From Harriotta raleighana (taxonomy: Eukaryota), in NCBI GenBank assembly GCA_050575255.1, contig JBNZDD010013724.1, forward strand, positions 7,547,658-7,611,657: a stretch of 64,000 nucleotides of DNA, written 5' to 3'. Shown here in pieces: positions 63,939-64,000 of this stretch. A program made the position numbers and the translations under genes. The stretch's first letter is position 1, and every line of letters starts with the position of its first letter. Below the pieces are notes generated by a model that saw only the letters and a list, made by a program, of their open reading frames with translations, did no database searches and had not been told where the DNA came from.

Positions 63939-64000
63939 AGTATCTACAGAGAATGGTGTGCAGTGTACAATATAAAAACAGAAACATACAATTCTTTTGT

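Noticed and set aside
1-64000. CRISPR-like or prokaryotic systems
   Set aside because: Recurring 30-40 bp motifs are dispersed retroposon tails without regular spacers; the sequence is vertebrate

Overview
AT-rich, repeat-dense vertebrate non-coding DNA (a large intron or intergenic region). No recognisable cellular protein-coding exon, rRNA, genuine tRNA or CRISPR array. The repeat set points by inference to a cartilaginous fish, plausibly the elephant shark Callorhinchus milii. It comprises many L2- and CR1-clade LINE fragments, a young tRNA-headed SINE with a partial Deu-type core and (TTA)n tail, older full Deu-domain SINEs, Tigger/pogo- and hAT-type MITEs, and a Penelope-like relic. Nearly all listed ORFs are broken LINE ORF2 pieces or chance ORFs in SINEs. 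The only gene-like signal is a possible first coding mini-exon (ATG GGT CTG|GTAAGT, 289-303). The best second-look items are: (i) the young SINE carries an internal exact reverse complement of its own tail, and truncations fall near it; (ii) L2 and SINE share a 3' stem-loop that has different loops and receives reciprocal insertions; (iii) a degenerate type-I hammerhead ribozyme sits in a Penelope-like inverted element; (iv) several nested insertions and unexplained hairpins. Seventeen single-N joins, most with duplicated flanks, are assembly or haplotype artefacts. Repeat boundaries were read by eye and are approximate.
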